Source: an uncultured delta proteobacterium (GTDB lineage: Bacteria > Desulfobacterota > Binatia > UBA9968). Taken from it: a stretch of DNA of 64,000 bases. Both the position numbers and the translations under genes were made by a program. The notes under the pieces are model-generated. The model searched no databases. It saw only the letters and a list, made by a program, of their open reading frames with translations, and was not told the origin of the DNA. Positions 8,776 to 18,766 of this stretch are shown piece by piece. Location: contig CAVYTU010000017.1 in the NCBI GenBank assembly GCA_963771465.1, positions 704,001 to 768,000 on the forward strand, read 5' to 3'. Position 1 is the stretch's first letter. The number at the start of each line of letters is the position of its first letter.

Positions 8776-10863
8776 ATGTATCGCGTTGGCATCGATATCG
8801 GCGGGACGTTTACCGACATGCTTCTTGTCGGCGAAGACGGCATCGCGGTCATCGGCAAGACTCTCACCACGCCGGGCGATCCCAGCCTGGCGGTGGAGAA
8901 TGCGCTGCGGCCAATTTTGGAAAACCGTTCGTTCAATGCCGGCGAGCGCGGTACGCTGATCCATGGCACGACGCTGGTGACCAACGCGCTGATCGAGCGT
9001 AAAGGCGCGCTGACCGCGTTGCTTACCACCGCGGGCTTTCGCGACGCCGTCGAGATCGGCCGGGAACATCGCTACGAGCTTTACGATCTTAATCTGGATT
9101 TGCCCAAACCTCTGGTGCCGCGCCATCTGCGCTTCGATCTGCCCGAACGGATTGCCGCTGACGGTAGCGTCCTGCAAACGTTGGATGAGGAGTTCGTCCG
9201 CAAGTTAGTCGCCGAGTTGCGCGACAAAGGTATCCAGGCGATCGGTGTCTGCTACCTCAATAGCTTTCGTAATCCAGCCCATGAAAAACGCACGGCGGAA
9301 ATTATCGCCGAAACGGCGCCGGCGATTCGCATTTCGCTCAGCTCTGAAGTGGTCGCCGAGATCCGTGAGTTTCCGCGCACCAGCACGACGCTGGCTAATG
9401 TCTACGTGCAAGAACGAGTTTCGGATTATCTCGCGCAACTGCAAGCGCGCTTGGACCAGATCGGTTTTCACGGCAGTTTTTTCGTCATGCTTTCGAGCGG
9501 CGGCATCGCCACGCGCGAAACGGCGTCACGCTTTCCAGTACGCTTGCTCGAATCCGGCCCGGCGGCCGGCGCGATTGCGGCCGCCGAGGCGGGCATGCGC
9601 TCGGGTCATCGCGATCTACTTTCCTTCGACATGGGTGGCACGACCGCCAAGCTTTGCGTGATCGAGGATGGCCAGCCGTTGAAAACCCACGAGTTCGAAG
9701 TCGATCGGGTCTATCGTTTTCGCAAAGGCAGCGGTTTGCCGGTGCGTATTCCAGTCATCGACATGATCGAGCTGGGCGCCGGCGGCGGCAGCATCGCGCG
9801 GGTCGATTCCCTCGGCTTGCTCAAAGTCGGACCGGATAGTTCGGGCGCCGATCCTGGACCTGTTTGTTACGGCCAAGGCGGCACGCAACCGACGGTAACC
9901 GACGCCGATCTCGCGCTCGGCTATCTTGACGCCAATTATTTTCTCGGCGGCAAGATGAAGCTCGATTTGGACGGTACCAAAAAAGCGCTCGCGACTTTGG
10001 GCAAGCCGTTAAAAATGACCGCCGAGCAAGTCGCCTGGGGCATTCATCAGATCGTCAATGAGAACATGGCCAACGCGGCGCGCGCCCATCTCGGCGAGCG
10101 CGGCAAGGATCCGCGGCGCATGCCGATGTACGCCTTTGGCGGCGCCGGACCGGTGCACGGCTATCGGGTCGCGGAAATTCTTCGCTTGCCGGCGTTGATC
10201 TCGCCGTTCGGCGCCGGCGTCGGTTCGACTTTCGGTTTGCTCGCCGCGCCGCTGGCGTTCGATTTTGTGCGCAGCGCCTACAGCCGGCTCGATCAGCTCG
10301 ATTGGCGATTCGCCAACGGCCTGCTCGATGAGATGGCCGAGGAAGGGCGCAAGGTTTTGCAAAGTTCGGGATTGAGTTCCAACGAAATTACCGACCAGCG
10401 CAGCGCGGATGTGCGCTACGTCGGACAAGGCCATGAAGTGTCGGTGGCGCTGCCCGGCGGCGTGCTTGGCGCTGACGATCTAGCTCCCATCGCGGCTGAG
10501 TTCGAGCGAACTTATGAGGCGCTCTACGGTCGCAAAGGACCGGATGTGGCGCTCGAAGTGATCAACTGGCGCGTGGTGGCGAGCGGACCGCGGCCGGATA
10601 TGAATTTGAAACTTTCCCGTGATAGCTCTAAACAAAGCGACGCTCGCAAGGGTTCGCGCCTGGCGTATTTTCCCGAGAGCAATGGATTCGTCGAGACGGC
10701 GATCTACGACCGCTATGCTCTACAACCGGGCGTGACATTCGACGGGCCGGCGATCGTCGAGGAGCGCGAGTCGACGTTGATTGTGGGCGTGCGCGGCCGC
10801 GCGCGAGTCGATGACGAGCTCAATGTCGTTGTCGAGTTAAGCGAGTCTAACGATGGAAAATAA
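8776..10863 (+). CDS. Hydantoinase A / 5-oxoprolinase family ATP-binding subunit
   Basis: GIDIGGTFTD, HGTT..TNAL, LESGPAAG, DMGGTT, GAGGGSIA, PGPVCYG and FGGAGP.H motifs. Confidence 0.94.
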   Translation: MYRVGIDIGGTFTDMLLVGEDGIAVIGKTLTTPGDPSLAVENALRPILENRSFNAGERGTLIHGTTLVTNALIERKGALTALLTTAGFRDAVEIGREHRYELYDLNLDLPKPLVPRHLRFDLPERIAADGSVLQTLDEEFVRKLVAELRDKGIQAIGVCYLNSFRNPAHEKRTAEIIAETAPAIRISLSSEVVAEIREFPRTSTTLANVYVQERVSDYLAQLQARLDQIGFHGSFFVMLSSGGIATRETASRFPVRLLESGPAAGAIAAAEAGMRSGHRDLLSFDMGGTTAKLCVIEDGQPLKTHEFEVDRVYRFRKGSGLPVRIPVIDMIELGAGGGSIARVDSLGLLKVGPDSSGADPGPVCYGQGGTQPTVTDADLALGYLDANYFLGGKMKLDLDGTKKALATLGKPLKMTAEQVAWGIHQIVNENMANAARAHLGERGKDPRRMPMYAFGGAGPVHGYRVAEILRLPALISPFGAGVGSTFGLLAAPLAFDFVRSAYSRLDQLDWRFANGLLDEMAEEGRKVLQSSGLSSNEITDQRSADVRYVGQGHEVSVALPGGVLGADDLAPIAAEFERTYEALYGRKGPDVALEVINWRVVASGPRPDMNLKLSRDSSKQSDARKGSRLAYFPESNGFVETAIYDRYALQPGVTFDGPAIVEERESTLIVGVRGRARVDDELNVVVELSESNDGK

Positions 10864-12577
10864 CGCGATGGATCCGGTGACGCTCGAAGTGATCTGGAAT
10901 CGTTTTCTCTCGGTGGCCAATGAGCAGCAGGACGCGCTGATTCGGACCGCCTTCAGCACGATCGTGCGCGAAAGCCAGGATCTCGCCTGCGGCATGTTCG
11001 ACACCAAAGGGCGGATGATTTCGCAGTCGATCAGCGGCACGCCGGGGCACATCAATGCCATGGCGACGTCGATGAAACACTTTCTCGCCGCGTTTCCACC
11101 GGACCAATTGGCGCCGGGCGACGTGCTGATCACCAACGATCCCTGGCAAACCGCCGGACAGATCAACGACATCACGATCACCACGCCGATTTTTAAAAAC
11201 GGCAAAATGATCGCGCTGTTCGCCAACACCTGCCATAGCGCCGATATCGGCGGGCGGATTCTTTCGGCTGAGGCGCGCGAAGTTTTTGAAGAGGGATTGC
11301 GCATCCCGATCATGAAACTGTTCGACCGCGGTGAGCCCAATCGAATTCTTATGCAGATCGTCCGCATCAACGTGCGCCAGCCCGACGAGGTGATCGGCGA
11401 TTTCTACGCGCAAACGGCGTGTAACGAAACCGGCGGGCGCGCGCTGCTCGAAATGATGGCTGAGTTCGGTTTGGAATCCATCGATGACGTCGCCGAAGAA
11501 ATTATTCGGCGCTCGGAAGCGGCCGTGCGCGCCGAAATCGCCAAACTGCCAAGCGGCGAATGGACCAACGAAACTTGGAGCGACGGTTTCGAGGAGCCGA
11601 TCGTAGTGCGCTGCACGGTGAAAGTCGCCGGCGATGAAATCTTCATCGACTTCACCGGCTCGTCGCCGCAGAGCACACGCGGCATCAATGTCGTGCTGAA
11701 TTACACCCATGCCTACGCGAGTTTCGCGATCAAAGCGGCGATTTGTCCCGACGTGCCGCACAACGAGGGTAGCTTTCGTCCGGTACACGTGAGCGCGCCG
11801 CCCGGGAGCATTCTAAACGCGCTTGACCCAGCGCCGGTGGCGAGCCGCCAGGTGATCGGCCATTTTATTCCCAGCGCGATCTTTGCGGCGATGTCCGGTG
11901 CGATGCCCGGTCGATTGATGGCGCCCGGCGCCGATCCGATTTGGCTGAGCGTTTGGCGCGGCCAAAATCCTTCATTCACTTTGACAGTCTTCCAGGTCGG
12001 CGGCACCGGCGCGCGGCCGACGAAGGATGGGCTGAACGCGGTCGGCTTTCCCAGCGGCGTTGCCGGAGTGCCTGCGGAAGTGATCGAGAGCTTGTCACCG
12101 GTGGTGCTGAAGCGGCGCGAATTGCGCGCGGATTCCGGCGGTCCGGGAACCTGGCGCGGCGGGCTCGGCCAGTTGACTGAATTCGCCCGCCGCGGCGAAG
12201 GCAAGTGGAGCGTGAGCTCCATCGCCGATCGCACGGAATATCCGGCGCCGGGATTGCTCGGCGGCAAAGCCGGCGCGCTTGGCGCCGTGACCATGGACGA
12301 CGGAAAAAAACTGCATGCTAAAGCGCTCAAGGATTTGCAAGCTAGCGATGTCGTTCACGTGGACCTTCCCGGTGGCGGCGGCTACGGCAATCCGTTTGAG
12401 CGCGACCCGCAAAAAGTTCTCTGGGACGTGATCGAAGGCTATGTTACGGCGGAAGAGGCGGAAAAAAAATACGGTGTGGCAATTCGTTATAAAGGCAATG
12501 CGCAGGATCTAGTGAAATTGCCGGGTGATTGGCATATCGATGCGGCGCGAACTGCTTCGCTTCGAGGCGCTCGGTAA
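10853..12577 (+). CDS. Hydantoinase B / 5-oxoprolinase family subunit
   Basis: DPVTLEVIWN, RTAFS.IVRES.D, PGDV.ITNDP, H..DIGG, DSGGPG..RGGLG and PGGGGYG.P.ER motifs. Confidence 0.94.
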   Translation: MENNAMDPVTLEVIWNRFLSVANEQQDALIRTAFSTIVRESQDLACGMFDTKGRMISQSISGTPGHINAMATSMKHFLAAFPPDQLAPGDVLITNDPWQTAGQINDITITTPIFKNGKMIALFANTCHSADIGGRILSAEAREVFEEGLRIPIMKLFDRGEPNRILMQIVRINVRQPDEVIGDFYAQTACNETGGRALLEMMAEFGLESIDDVAEEIIRRSEAAVRAEIAKLPSGEWTNETWSDGFEEPIVVRCTVKVAGDEIFIDFTGSSPQSTRGINVVLNYTHAYASFAIKAAICPDVPHNEGSFRPVHVSAPPGSILNALDPAPVASRQVIGHFIPSAIFAAMSGAMPGRLMAPGADPIWLSVWRGQNPSFTLTVFQVGGTGARPTKDGLNAVGFPSGVAGVPAEVIESLSPVVLKRRELRADSGGPGTWRGGLGQLTEFARRGEGKWSVSSIADRTEYPAPGLLGGKAGALGAVTMDDGKKLHAKALKDLQASDVVHVDLPGGGGYGNPFERDPQKVLWDVIEGYVTAEEAEKKYGVAIRYKGNAQDLVKLPGDWHIDAARTASLRGAR

Positions 12578-12645
12578 GCGAATTTCAGATTCCAAATCGG
12601 GTAAATCTGGAATTGGTAATTTTGAATTATGAGCAAGGCGAAGAC

Positions 12646-13413
12646 ATGGAGTTAAACGGTAGAGTTGCGCTGGTAACCGGCGGCGCCGGAGGCATCGGCG
12701 GTGCCGTGGTACGCGGCTTGGCGAAAGCCGGTGTCAGCGGCGTGGCGATTAACTATCGCCAGTCGGCCAAAGCGGCTCAGGAGCTTGCCGCTGACATCGA
12801 ACGCGCGGGTGTGAAGGCGATCGCTATTCAAGCCGACGTGCAAAGCGATGAGCAGGTGCGCGCGATGATCGGCAAGCTTCGGGATAATTTTGGCCGTTTG
12901 GATATTGTGATTAATAACGCCGGCGTGACCCACTGGGTGAAGCTTGCCGATCTCGAAGGTCTTACCGATGCGATCTGGGATGAAATTCTCGACGTTAACG
13001 TAAAAGGCGCGTTTCGTTGCGCGCGCGCCGCGCAAAAACTGCTCGAAGCGAATCAGGGCATGATCGTTAACGTGTCTTCGATCTCCGGCGTGTTGGCGCC
13101 GTCGACCATGTCTTCGTTGGCTTACGGCACGGCAAAGGCGGCGTTGATTTACATGACGCGCGGCTTGGCGGTGGCCATGGCGCCGAAGGTGCGGGTGAAC
13201 TGCGTCGCGCCGGCATTTACCGATACGCCGTGGATGAGCCAGCACTTTGGCGCGGATTATCAGCAAGTGATTTCGAAGGCGTCGGTAGGTTATCCGCTGC
13301 AGCGTATTGCGACACCGGAAGATATCGCCGTCGCAATTCTCGGTTTGCTTACCGGCGGAGATTTCGTCACGGGACAGACGCTGATTGTCGATGGCGGGTT
13401 GAGTCTGAGCTAG
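12646..13413 (+). CDS. Short-chain dehydrogenase/reductase
   Basis: TGGAGGIG, NNAG, YGTAK (YxxxK) and 'TGQTLIVDGG' motifs. Confidence 0.93.
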   Translation: MELNGRVALVTGGAGGIGGAVVRGLAKAGVSGVAINYRQSAKAAQELAADIERAGVKAIAIQADVQSDEQVRAMIGKLRDNFGRLDIVINNAGVTHWVKLADLEGLTDAIWDEILDVNVKGAFRCARAAQKLLEANQGMIVNVSSISGVLAPSTMSSLAYGTAKAALIYMTRGLAVAMAPKVRVNCVAPAFTDTPWMSQHFGADYQQVISKASVGYPLQRIATPEDIAVAILGLLTGGDFVTGQTLIVDGGLSLS

Positions 13414-13429
13414 CGATTTTCATACGAGT

Positions 13430-13511
13430 GTCATCCTGAGCGACAGCGAAGGATCTGCTTTTTTCGATGCCGGAGAACAAAACAGATTCTTCGGCTCCGC
13501 CTCAGAATGAC
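13430..13511. repeat. REP-like palindromic intergenic element
   Basis: GTCATCCTGAGCGACAGCGAAGGATCTG ... CAGATTCTTCGGCTCCGCCTCAGAATGAC. The ends are complementary and resemble a dispersed repeat seen in many bacterial genomes. Confidence 0.75.
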
Positions 13512-13552
13512 TTAAGTAAAATTCAAAAACATGATTCGAGATTGACAACTGC

Positions 13553-14209
13553 ATGGACCGAACCCAACTGATCGCTGAATTACACGCTAGCCGCCTCGTC
13601 GCCGTGGTGCGTTCGAAAAGTCCGGACGACGCGCTGGCGCTGGCAAATACCGCCGCGGATGGCGGTATCAAATTCGTCGAGATTACCTTCAGCGTCCCCG
13701 GTGCGCTGGATGTGATTAAAGAACTGACTCGACGCCGTGATGTTCATGTCGGCGCCGGGACAGTGATGGCGCCACAGCAGGCGGAGCGCGCGATCGGCAT
13801 CGGCGCGGAATTTATTGTTTCGCCGTCGCTGGAGTTGAATCTCGTCGGTCTGTGTCACAGCGCGAACATCGCCTGCTTTCCCGGCGCGGCGACGCCGACG
13901 GAGATCATTGCGGCGCAGCGGGCACGGGCCGATGTGGTGAAAATATTCCCTGCCGACTTGGTCGGCGGGCCATCTTTCATCCGGCAAATGCAAGGACCGT
14001 TTCCCGACGTGCGTTTCATGGTCTCGGGCGGCGTCAGTTTGAAGAATGTTAAAGACTACGTCGACGCCGGCGTGCTTGGCATCTGTCTTGGTAGCGCTTA
14101 CCTCGGCAGCTTGCTGGAGAAGAAAGGCAAGAAACCTTTCGTACTGGAGATGCAAAAATTCGTCAAGTTAGTCGCCCAAGCGCAGGGGAAGAAGCCAAAA
14201 CGACAATGA
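13553..14209 (+). CDS. eda: KDPG/KHG aldolase family
   Basis: VAVVR, VEIT, VGAGTV, FIVSP, PGA.TPTEI, VKIFPA and GGV motifs. Confidence 0.88.
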   Translation: MDRTQLIAELHASRLVAVVRSKSPDDALALANTAADGGIKFVEITFSVPGALDVIKELTRRRDVHVGAGTVMAPQQAERAIGIGAEFIVSPSLELNLVGLCHSANIACFPGAATPTEIIAAQRARADVVKIFPADLVGGPSFIRQMQGPFPDVRFMVSGGVSLKNVKDYVDAGVLGICLGSAYLGSLLEKKGKKPFVLEMQKFVKLVAQAQGKKPKRQ

Positions 14210-15196
14210 GGAATATCCATCTTACGGTAGCCTGTGAAGATTACGACCGGATGCGCCCGCTCAAGGACGGCATCGTCAAGCCCGAGGGCATCGAGCTAAA
14301 TTATCTCGTCATGCCGGTGGAAGAGATTTTCTGGCGCATGATGAAGTACGAGGAGTTCGACGCATCGGAGCTGTCGATGGGCGCGTTCTTGACCGCGGCG
14401 TCGCGCGGGCGGCGGCCGTTCGTCGCGATTCCCGTGTTTCCGTCGCGGACCTTTCGCCACCGCTGCATTTTCGTCAACACCGATTCGGGCATCAGGTCGA
14501 TCCAAGATTTGCGCGGCCGGCGCATGGGCGTGCCGGAGTATTCCATGACCGCGGCGGTGTGGCTGCGCGGTATGTTCGAGCATGAGTACGGCGTGCCGCC
14601 GTCGGCAATTCACTGGGTGCAAGCGGGCGAGGAACATCCAGGACGAAAAGATCGGGTGGATTTTGAAATGCCGGCAGGCGTGACGATGGAAAGCCGGCCT
14701 GACACGACTCTCAATGCACTGATCGCGAGCGGTGAGATCGACGCCATGATGTCGCCGCGCATGCCGACCTGTTTTCTCAACGGCTCGCCCAAGGTGAAGC
14801 GGCTGTTCCCGAACTACCGGCAAGTGGAGATGGAATATTTCAAAAGCACCGGCTTGTTTCCCATAATGCATGTGCATGGTGATCAAGCGGTCGATCTACG
14901 AGAAGGAACCGTGGGTGGCGCAGACGCTGTACAAAGCGTTCTGCCAGGCCAAAGAGATTTGCATGCGCGATCTTTACGATACCAATATCTTACGCGTCGC
15001 GTTGCCGTGGACTTCAGCGGAATACGAAGACACCGCGGCATTGATGACCACCGACTATTGGCCCTACGGTCTAGAGCCGAATAGGAAGAACTTAGAAACA
15101 TTGAACGGTTACTTGTTCGAACAGGGACTGACGAAGCAAAAAGTGGTTCTCGACGAGCTGTTCGCTCGTGAGACCGTCGAAGCGTTTAAGATTTGA
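14206..15196 (+). pseudogene. 4,5-dihydroxyphthalate decarboxylase-like (periplasmic-binding fold) protein with one frameshift near 14875
   Basis: 'LTVAC.DYDR..PL.DG.VKPEGIEL', 'PVFPSR.FRH', 'GVPEY.MTA.VW.RG', 'FPIMHV', then continues in another frame 'MVIKRS...DYWPYG.EPNR'. One extra base; may be a sequencing error. Confidence 0.8.
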
Positions 15197-15242
15197 TTTA
15201 ACCGCATTCTTCCACGGTCCACGTCTCCATCCTTCTAGCCCG

Positions 15243-16029
15243 CTACCGATAATCCCGCATCTGCCACGGCGTGAAGACGACGATCTGGGTCGGCGGCGGC
15301 AAGGCCATCTTGCTGAAGGTGCTCTTGTGGGTGTTGAGATATTTATTCGGATAGCCTTTCACGAACATGTCCAATAGATGCGTGCTCTCGCGATAGTGCA
15401 TCGGGATCGCGATCTTGGGCTTTAACTGCTGCAATACTTCTCGCGCCGTGTCCGGCGGCATCGTGAACGTTCCGCCGATCGGAATCATGGCGATGTCGAC
15501 TTTGCCGAAGGCTTTGATCTGCTCTTCGGTGAGCTTGTGGCTCAAGTCGCCCAGGTGCGCGACGCAAATCGTGCCGAGGTCGAAGACAAACGCCGCGCCT
15601 TTGAGCGCATTGCCGAACTGCTGCTGATAGATCGGCACGGTGTAGACGAGGATATCCTTTACCGTAGTGCTGACTTTGTTCCACTCGGCGCCGTAGTTAG
15701 CGAGGCCGCGCAAGATCACCGGTTTGTTCTTGGCAATCTCGACGTAGTTGTGGTTGGGATGTTCGCGGCCAACGGTGATTGCGTCGGGCGCGACGTTCGG
15801 GTGTCGGGTAAAATCCGGGCGCCACCGGGTCGGTGACGATCTTGGTGCCTTTGGTCGAGGTGATCTGAAAAAAATTATGGCCGAAAAATTCCAGCGTTAC
15901 GTCCGGCTGCGCGGCGTATGCCGGACGGCTCCAACTGCCCGCGACATCGAGCTCGCGGCAGGCTGAGTAGCTTCGCACCGGCTGTAGCAGTGCGACAACG
16001 AACAGCAATACCGCGATCGCTCTTTTCAT
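15243..16029 (-). pseudogene. Secreted MBL-fold metallo-hydrolase with one frameshift near 15800
   Basis: N-part: signal peptide, 'FFGHNFF', 'IVTDP'. C-part: 'EHPNHN', 'AHLGDL', 'IPIGG.FT', 'IPMHY'. Removing one base from a 3-base homopolymer restores the frame. Confidence 0.8.
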
Positions 16030-16032
16030 GCT

Positions 16033-16797
16033 TCATCTTTCCGATGCGATGGCGCGGTGGCCGAATTGCTCCGCCTTAAAAAAATCGGCGACATATTCCG
16101 TTGCCGGATGGCGCATTAAGTATTCCGGCGTGTCGGCCTGTTCGAAGCGGCCTTCGTGCATGACCGCGATGCGGTCCGCCATGGCCATCCCGTCGGCCAA
16201 GTTATGGGTCACATAGAGCGTGGTCAGGCGATGTTCCTTGTGGAACGCCAATATCTCCTGGCGCATCTTCAAACGATTGGGCGGATCGATATTGCTTAGC
16301 GGCTCGTCCATCAGCATGATGCGCGGCGAAGTGACCATGGCGCGGCCGAGGGCGACGCGCTGCTGTTGACCGCCGGAAAGCTCGCTCGGCTTGCGCTTGA
16401 AAAAACTTTCTTCAATGCCGATTTTCCAGGCCAACGGGCGGAGAAACTCGGCGATCTTATCGCTCGACCATTTTCTCACTTTGAGCGGCAGCGATAGGTT
16501 GGAGTACCGGCTTGCTTCGAACACTTTCATGTGCGGCCAGAGCGCGTAGTTTTGAAAAATCATCTGTACGTTGCGCCGGCCCACCGGCACGTCGTTGACC
16601 GGCACGCCGTCGATGAAGATCGCGCCGCTGTCGGGCTGTTCCAGGCCGGCGATGAGCCTTAGCGTGGTGGTTTTGCCGCAACCGCTTTCGCCGACGATGA
16701 CGAGAAACTCGCCACCGTTGACGTCCAAGTTGGCCTGATCGACGGCGGCGATGTTGCCAAATTTTTTCGTCAGGCGGCGCAGCGAGAGCGAAGTCAT
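16033..16797 (-). CDS. ABC transporter ATP-binding protein (MalK/PotA-like, short, no C-terminal domain)
   Basis: Walker A GESGCGKTT, LSGGQQQRVAL, Walker B MLMDEP, YVTH. Confidence 0.92.
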   Translation of the reverse strand: MTSLSLRRLTKKFGNIAAVDQANLDVNGGEFLVIVGESGCGKTTTLRLIAGLEQPDSGAIFIDGVPVNDVPVGRRNVQMIFQNYALWPHMKVFEASRYSNLSLPLKVRKWSSDKIAEFLRPLAWKIGIEESFFKRKPSELSGGQQQRVALGRAMVTSPRIMLMDEPLSNIDPPNRLKMRQEILAFHKEHRLTTLYVTHNLADGMAMADRIAVMHEGRFEQADTPEYLMRHPATEYVADFFKAEQFGHRAIASER

Positions 16798-16922
16798 ACG
16801 ATCATGCTAGTAAAGGGCCGCACAAAAGACAATATGAATTTCCGCTGGCGCCGGGTAATTATCTTGGCTATGATTGCGCCTGAGAGTTTTGTTTTTGCAT
16901 CTTGCGATTTGGAGGAATGGTT

Positions 16923-17675
16923 ATGGCGGGGTTACTCGGACCTGAAGCGCTGATCAGTGATCTGCAATACACCCTACAGCAGCGTCATCCGCGGCCCCAC
17001 CCCGTGCGCCAGTTGCTCTTAAGCGGACGGCTGACCCAGGAACAGCTTCAGTGGTGGGCGCGCAATCAGTTTCATGAGTTTCGCAATATCCATCGTTTTT
17101 TTGGCATCCGCTATCACAAGTGCCCGGTGCCGGAGCTGCGCCGCATGCTGTTGGAAAATATGGTCGAGGAAGAGGGTGAAGATTTGTTCGGCGGCAAGTA
17201 TCCGAGCCACCGCGAGCTTTGGGTGCAGTTCGCCAACGGTCTCGGTATCGCCAGCGACGATATCCTAAACTACGAACCGCTGCCCGGCATTCGCGCCGCG
17301 TTGGAAATGTATGTGTCGTTGGTGCAGCAGAGCCATTGGGCGGTGGCGATCGGCACCGGTTTGGTCTTTGAAGGCGGCGGCCCGAAACGGATGAAAGAAG
17401 AGCGGGAAGCGATCGAGAAATATTATCCGTGGATTCCGCTAAGCAGTTTGGATTTTTTCCGCGCCCATGAGTATCACGACGAAGGTCACGGCGACATGGT
17501 GACCCGCGTGATCAAGCAGCACTGTATGGAAGAAAAACTGCAAAGCGAAATGCGCGAAGCGGTGCGCCAGCGGGCCGATATCATGTGGCTGCAAAACGAC
17601 TGCATCTACAATGCCTTTGTTCGGCCGCAGTTGGCAGCGGAAACCATTAAAGAGATTGAAGGACGACTGGAATAG
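16923..17675 (+). CDS. PqqC/CADD/TenA heme-oxygenase-like diiron protein
   Basis: 'LLENMVEEEG...SHRELW.QF..GLG', 'FE', 'LDFFRAHEYHDEGH'. GGAGG RBS 7 nt before ATG 16923. Confidence 0.82.
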   Translation: MAGLLGPEALISDLQYTLQQRHPRPHPVRQLLLSGRLTQEQLQWWARNQFHEFRNIHRFFGIRYHKCPVPELRRMLLENMVEEEGEDLFGGKYPSHRELWVQFANGLGIASDDILNYEPLPGIRAALEMYVSLVQQSHWAVAIGTGLVFEGGGPKRMKEEREAIEKYYPWIPLSSLDFFRAHEYHDEGHGDMVTRVIKQHCMEEKLQSEMREAVRQRADIMWLQNDCIYNAFVRPQLAAETIKEIEGRLE

Positions 17676-17719
17676 AGGTTCAAAAGTTCAAAATTCGAGG
17701 ATTCCATCCCTGCATCAAC

Positions 17720-18766
17720 ATGACTGACAAGATCATCGATCTGCGTAGCGACACCGTTACCAGACCTTCCCCGGCCATGCGCCGCGCGATGGCTGAGGCG
17801 GAAGTCGGCGACGACGTTTACATTGAAGACCCGACGGTCAATCACCTTCAAGCGCGGGCGGCGGAAATGTTTGGCCGCGAGGCGGGATTGTTCGTTCCCT
17901 CGGGGTCGATGGGCAATCTTGCCTGCATTATGGCGCAGACCGAGCGCGGTCAGGAAGTGATTTGCGAAGCGGCGGGACATGTTTACAACTACGAGATGGC
18001 GTCGATGGCGGCGCTTGGCGGTGTGTTACCGCGGGTGATTCCGACCGCGGACGGCATCATGACTTGGGAGCAGATCGCGCCGGCGATCCGCGAGAAGACT
18101 TATACGAGGCCGCAGACAGCGATGGTCGCGTTGGAAAACACGCACAACATGGCGGGCGGCACGGTTTATCCGACGCCCTTGGCCGACGCAATCTGCGACC
18201 GAGCGCACGAAGCTGGACTGAAAGTCCATCTCGACGGCGCGCGGGTGTTCAATGCCGCTGTCCATCTCGGTGAGAGCGTCGCCGAAATCACCAAGCAGTT
18301 CGACTCGATTCAATTCTGCTTCAGCAAGGGATTGGGCGCGCCGGTAGGTTCGATGATCGTCGGTTCGAAGCCACTGATCGAGCGCTGCCGCGTGATCCGC
18401 AAAATGCTCGGCGGCGGCATGCGCCAGGTGGGCGTGATCGCTGCCGCGGCGCTGGTGGCGTTGGAAGAAGGGCCGAAGCGGCTCCACGTCGATCACGAGA
18501 ATGCCAAGCTCCTTGCTCAAGGATTGGAAAATATCCCACGCATCGGCATCAAGCCGGAAAAAGTTCAGACCAACATCGTTATCTATGACGTCGGCGAGAC
18601 TGGACTGGGATCAACTGAATTCTTGAAGCGATTAAGCGAGCGCAAACTGCTCGGCGGACCAGTGGATGCGCGCCGTGTGCGGATGGTGACTCACGTCGAC
18701 GTCGATCACAGCGATATCGAGCAGGCGCTGCGAGTCATCGGCGAGGTGGTGGGGAAAGGGTTTTAA
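17720..18766 (+). CDS. ltaE: Low-specificity L-threonine aldolase
   Basis: IDLRSDTVTRP, VGDDVY.EDPTV, ENTHN..GG, HLDGAR.FNA, CFSKGLGAPVGS and GGGMRQ.G motifs. Confidence 0.95.
   Translation: MTDKIIDLRSDTVTRPSPAMRRAMAEAEVGDDVYIEDPTVNHLQARAAEMFGREAGLFVPSGSMGNLACIMAQTERGQEVICEAAGHVYNYEMASMAALGGVLPRVIPTADGIMTWEQIAPAIREKTYTRPQTAMVALENTHNMAGGTVYPTPLADAICDRAHEAGLKVHLDGARVFNAAVHLGESVAEITKQFDSIQFCFSKGLGAPVGSMIVGSKPLIERCRVIRKMLGGGMRQVGVIAAAALVALEEGPKRLHVDHENAKLLAQGLENIPRIGIKPEKVQTNIVIYDVGETGLGSTEFLKRLSERKLLGGPVDARRVRMVTHVDVDHSDIEQALRVIGEVVGKGF

Noticed and set aside
14860-14890. Programmed frameshift in the decarboxylase-like gene
   Set aside because: No slippery sequence or stimulatory structure; a one-base insertion explains it.
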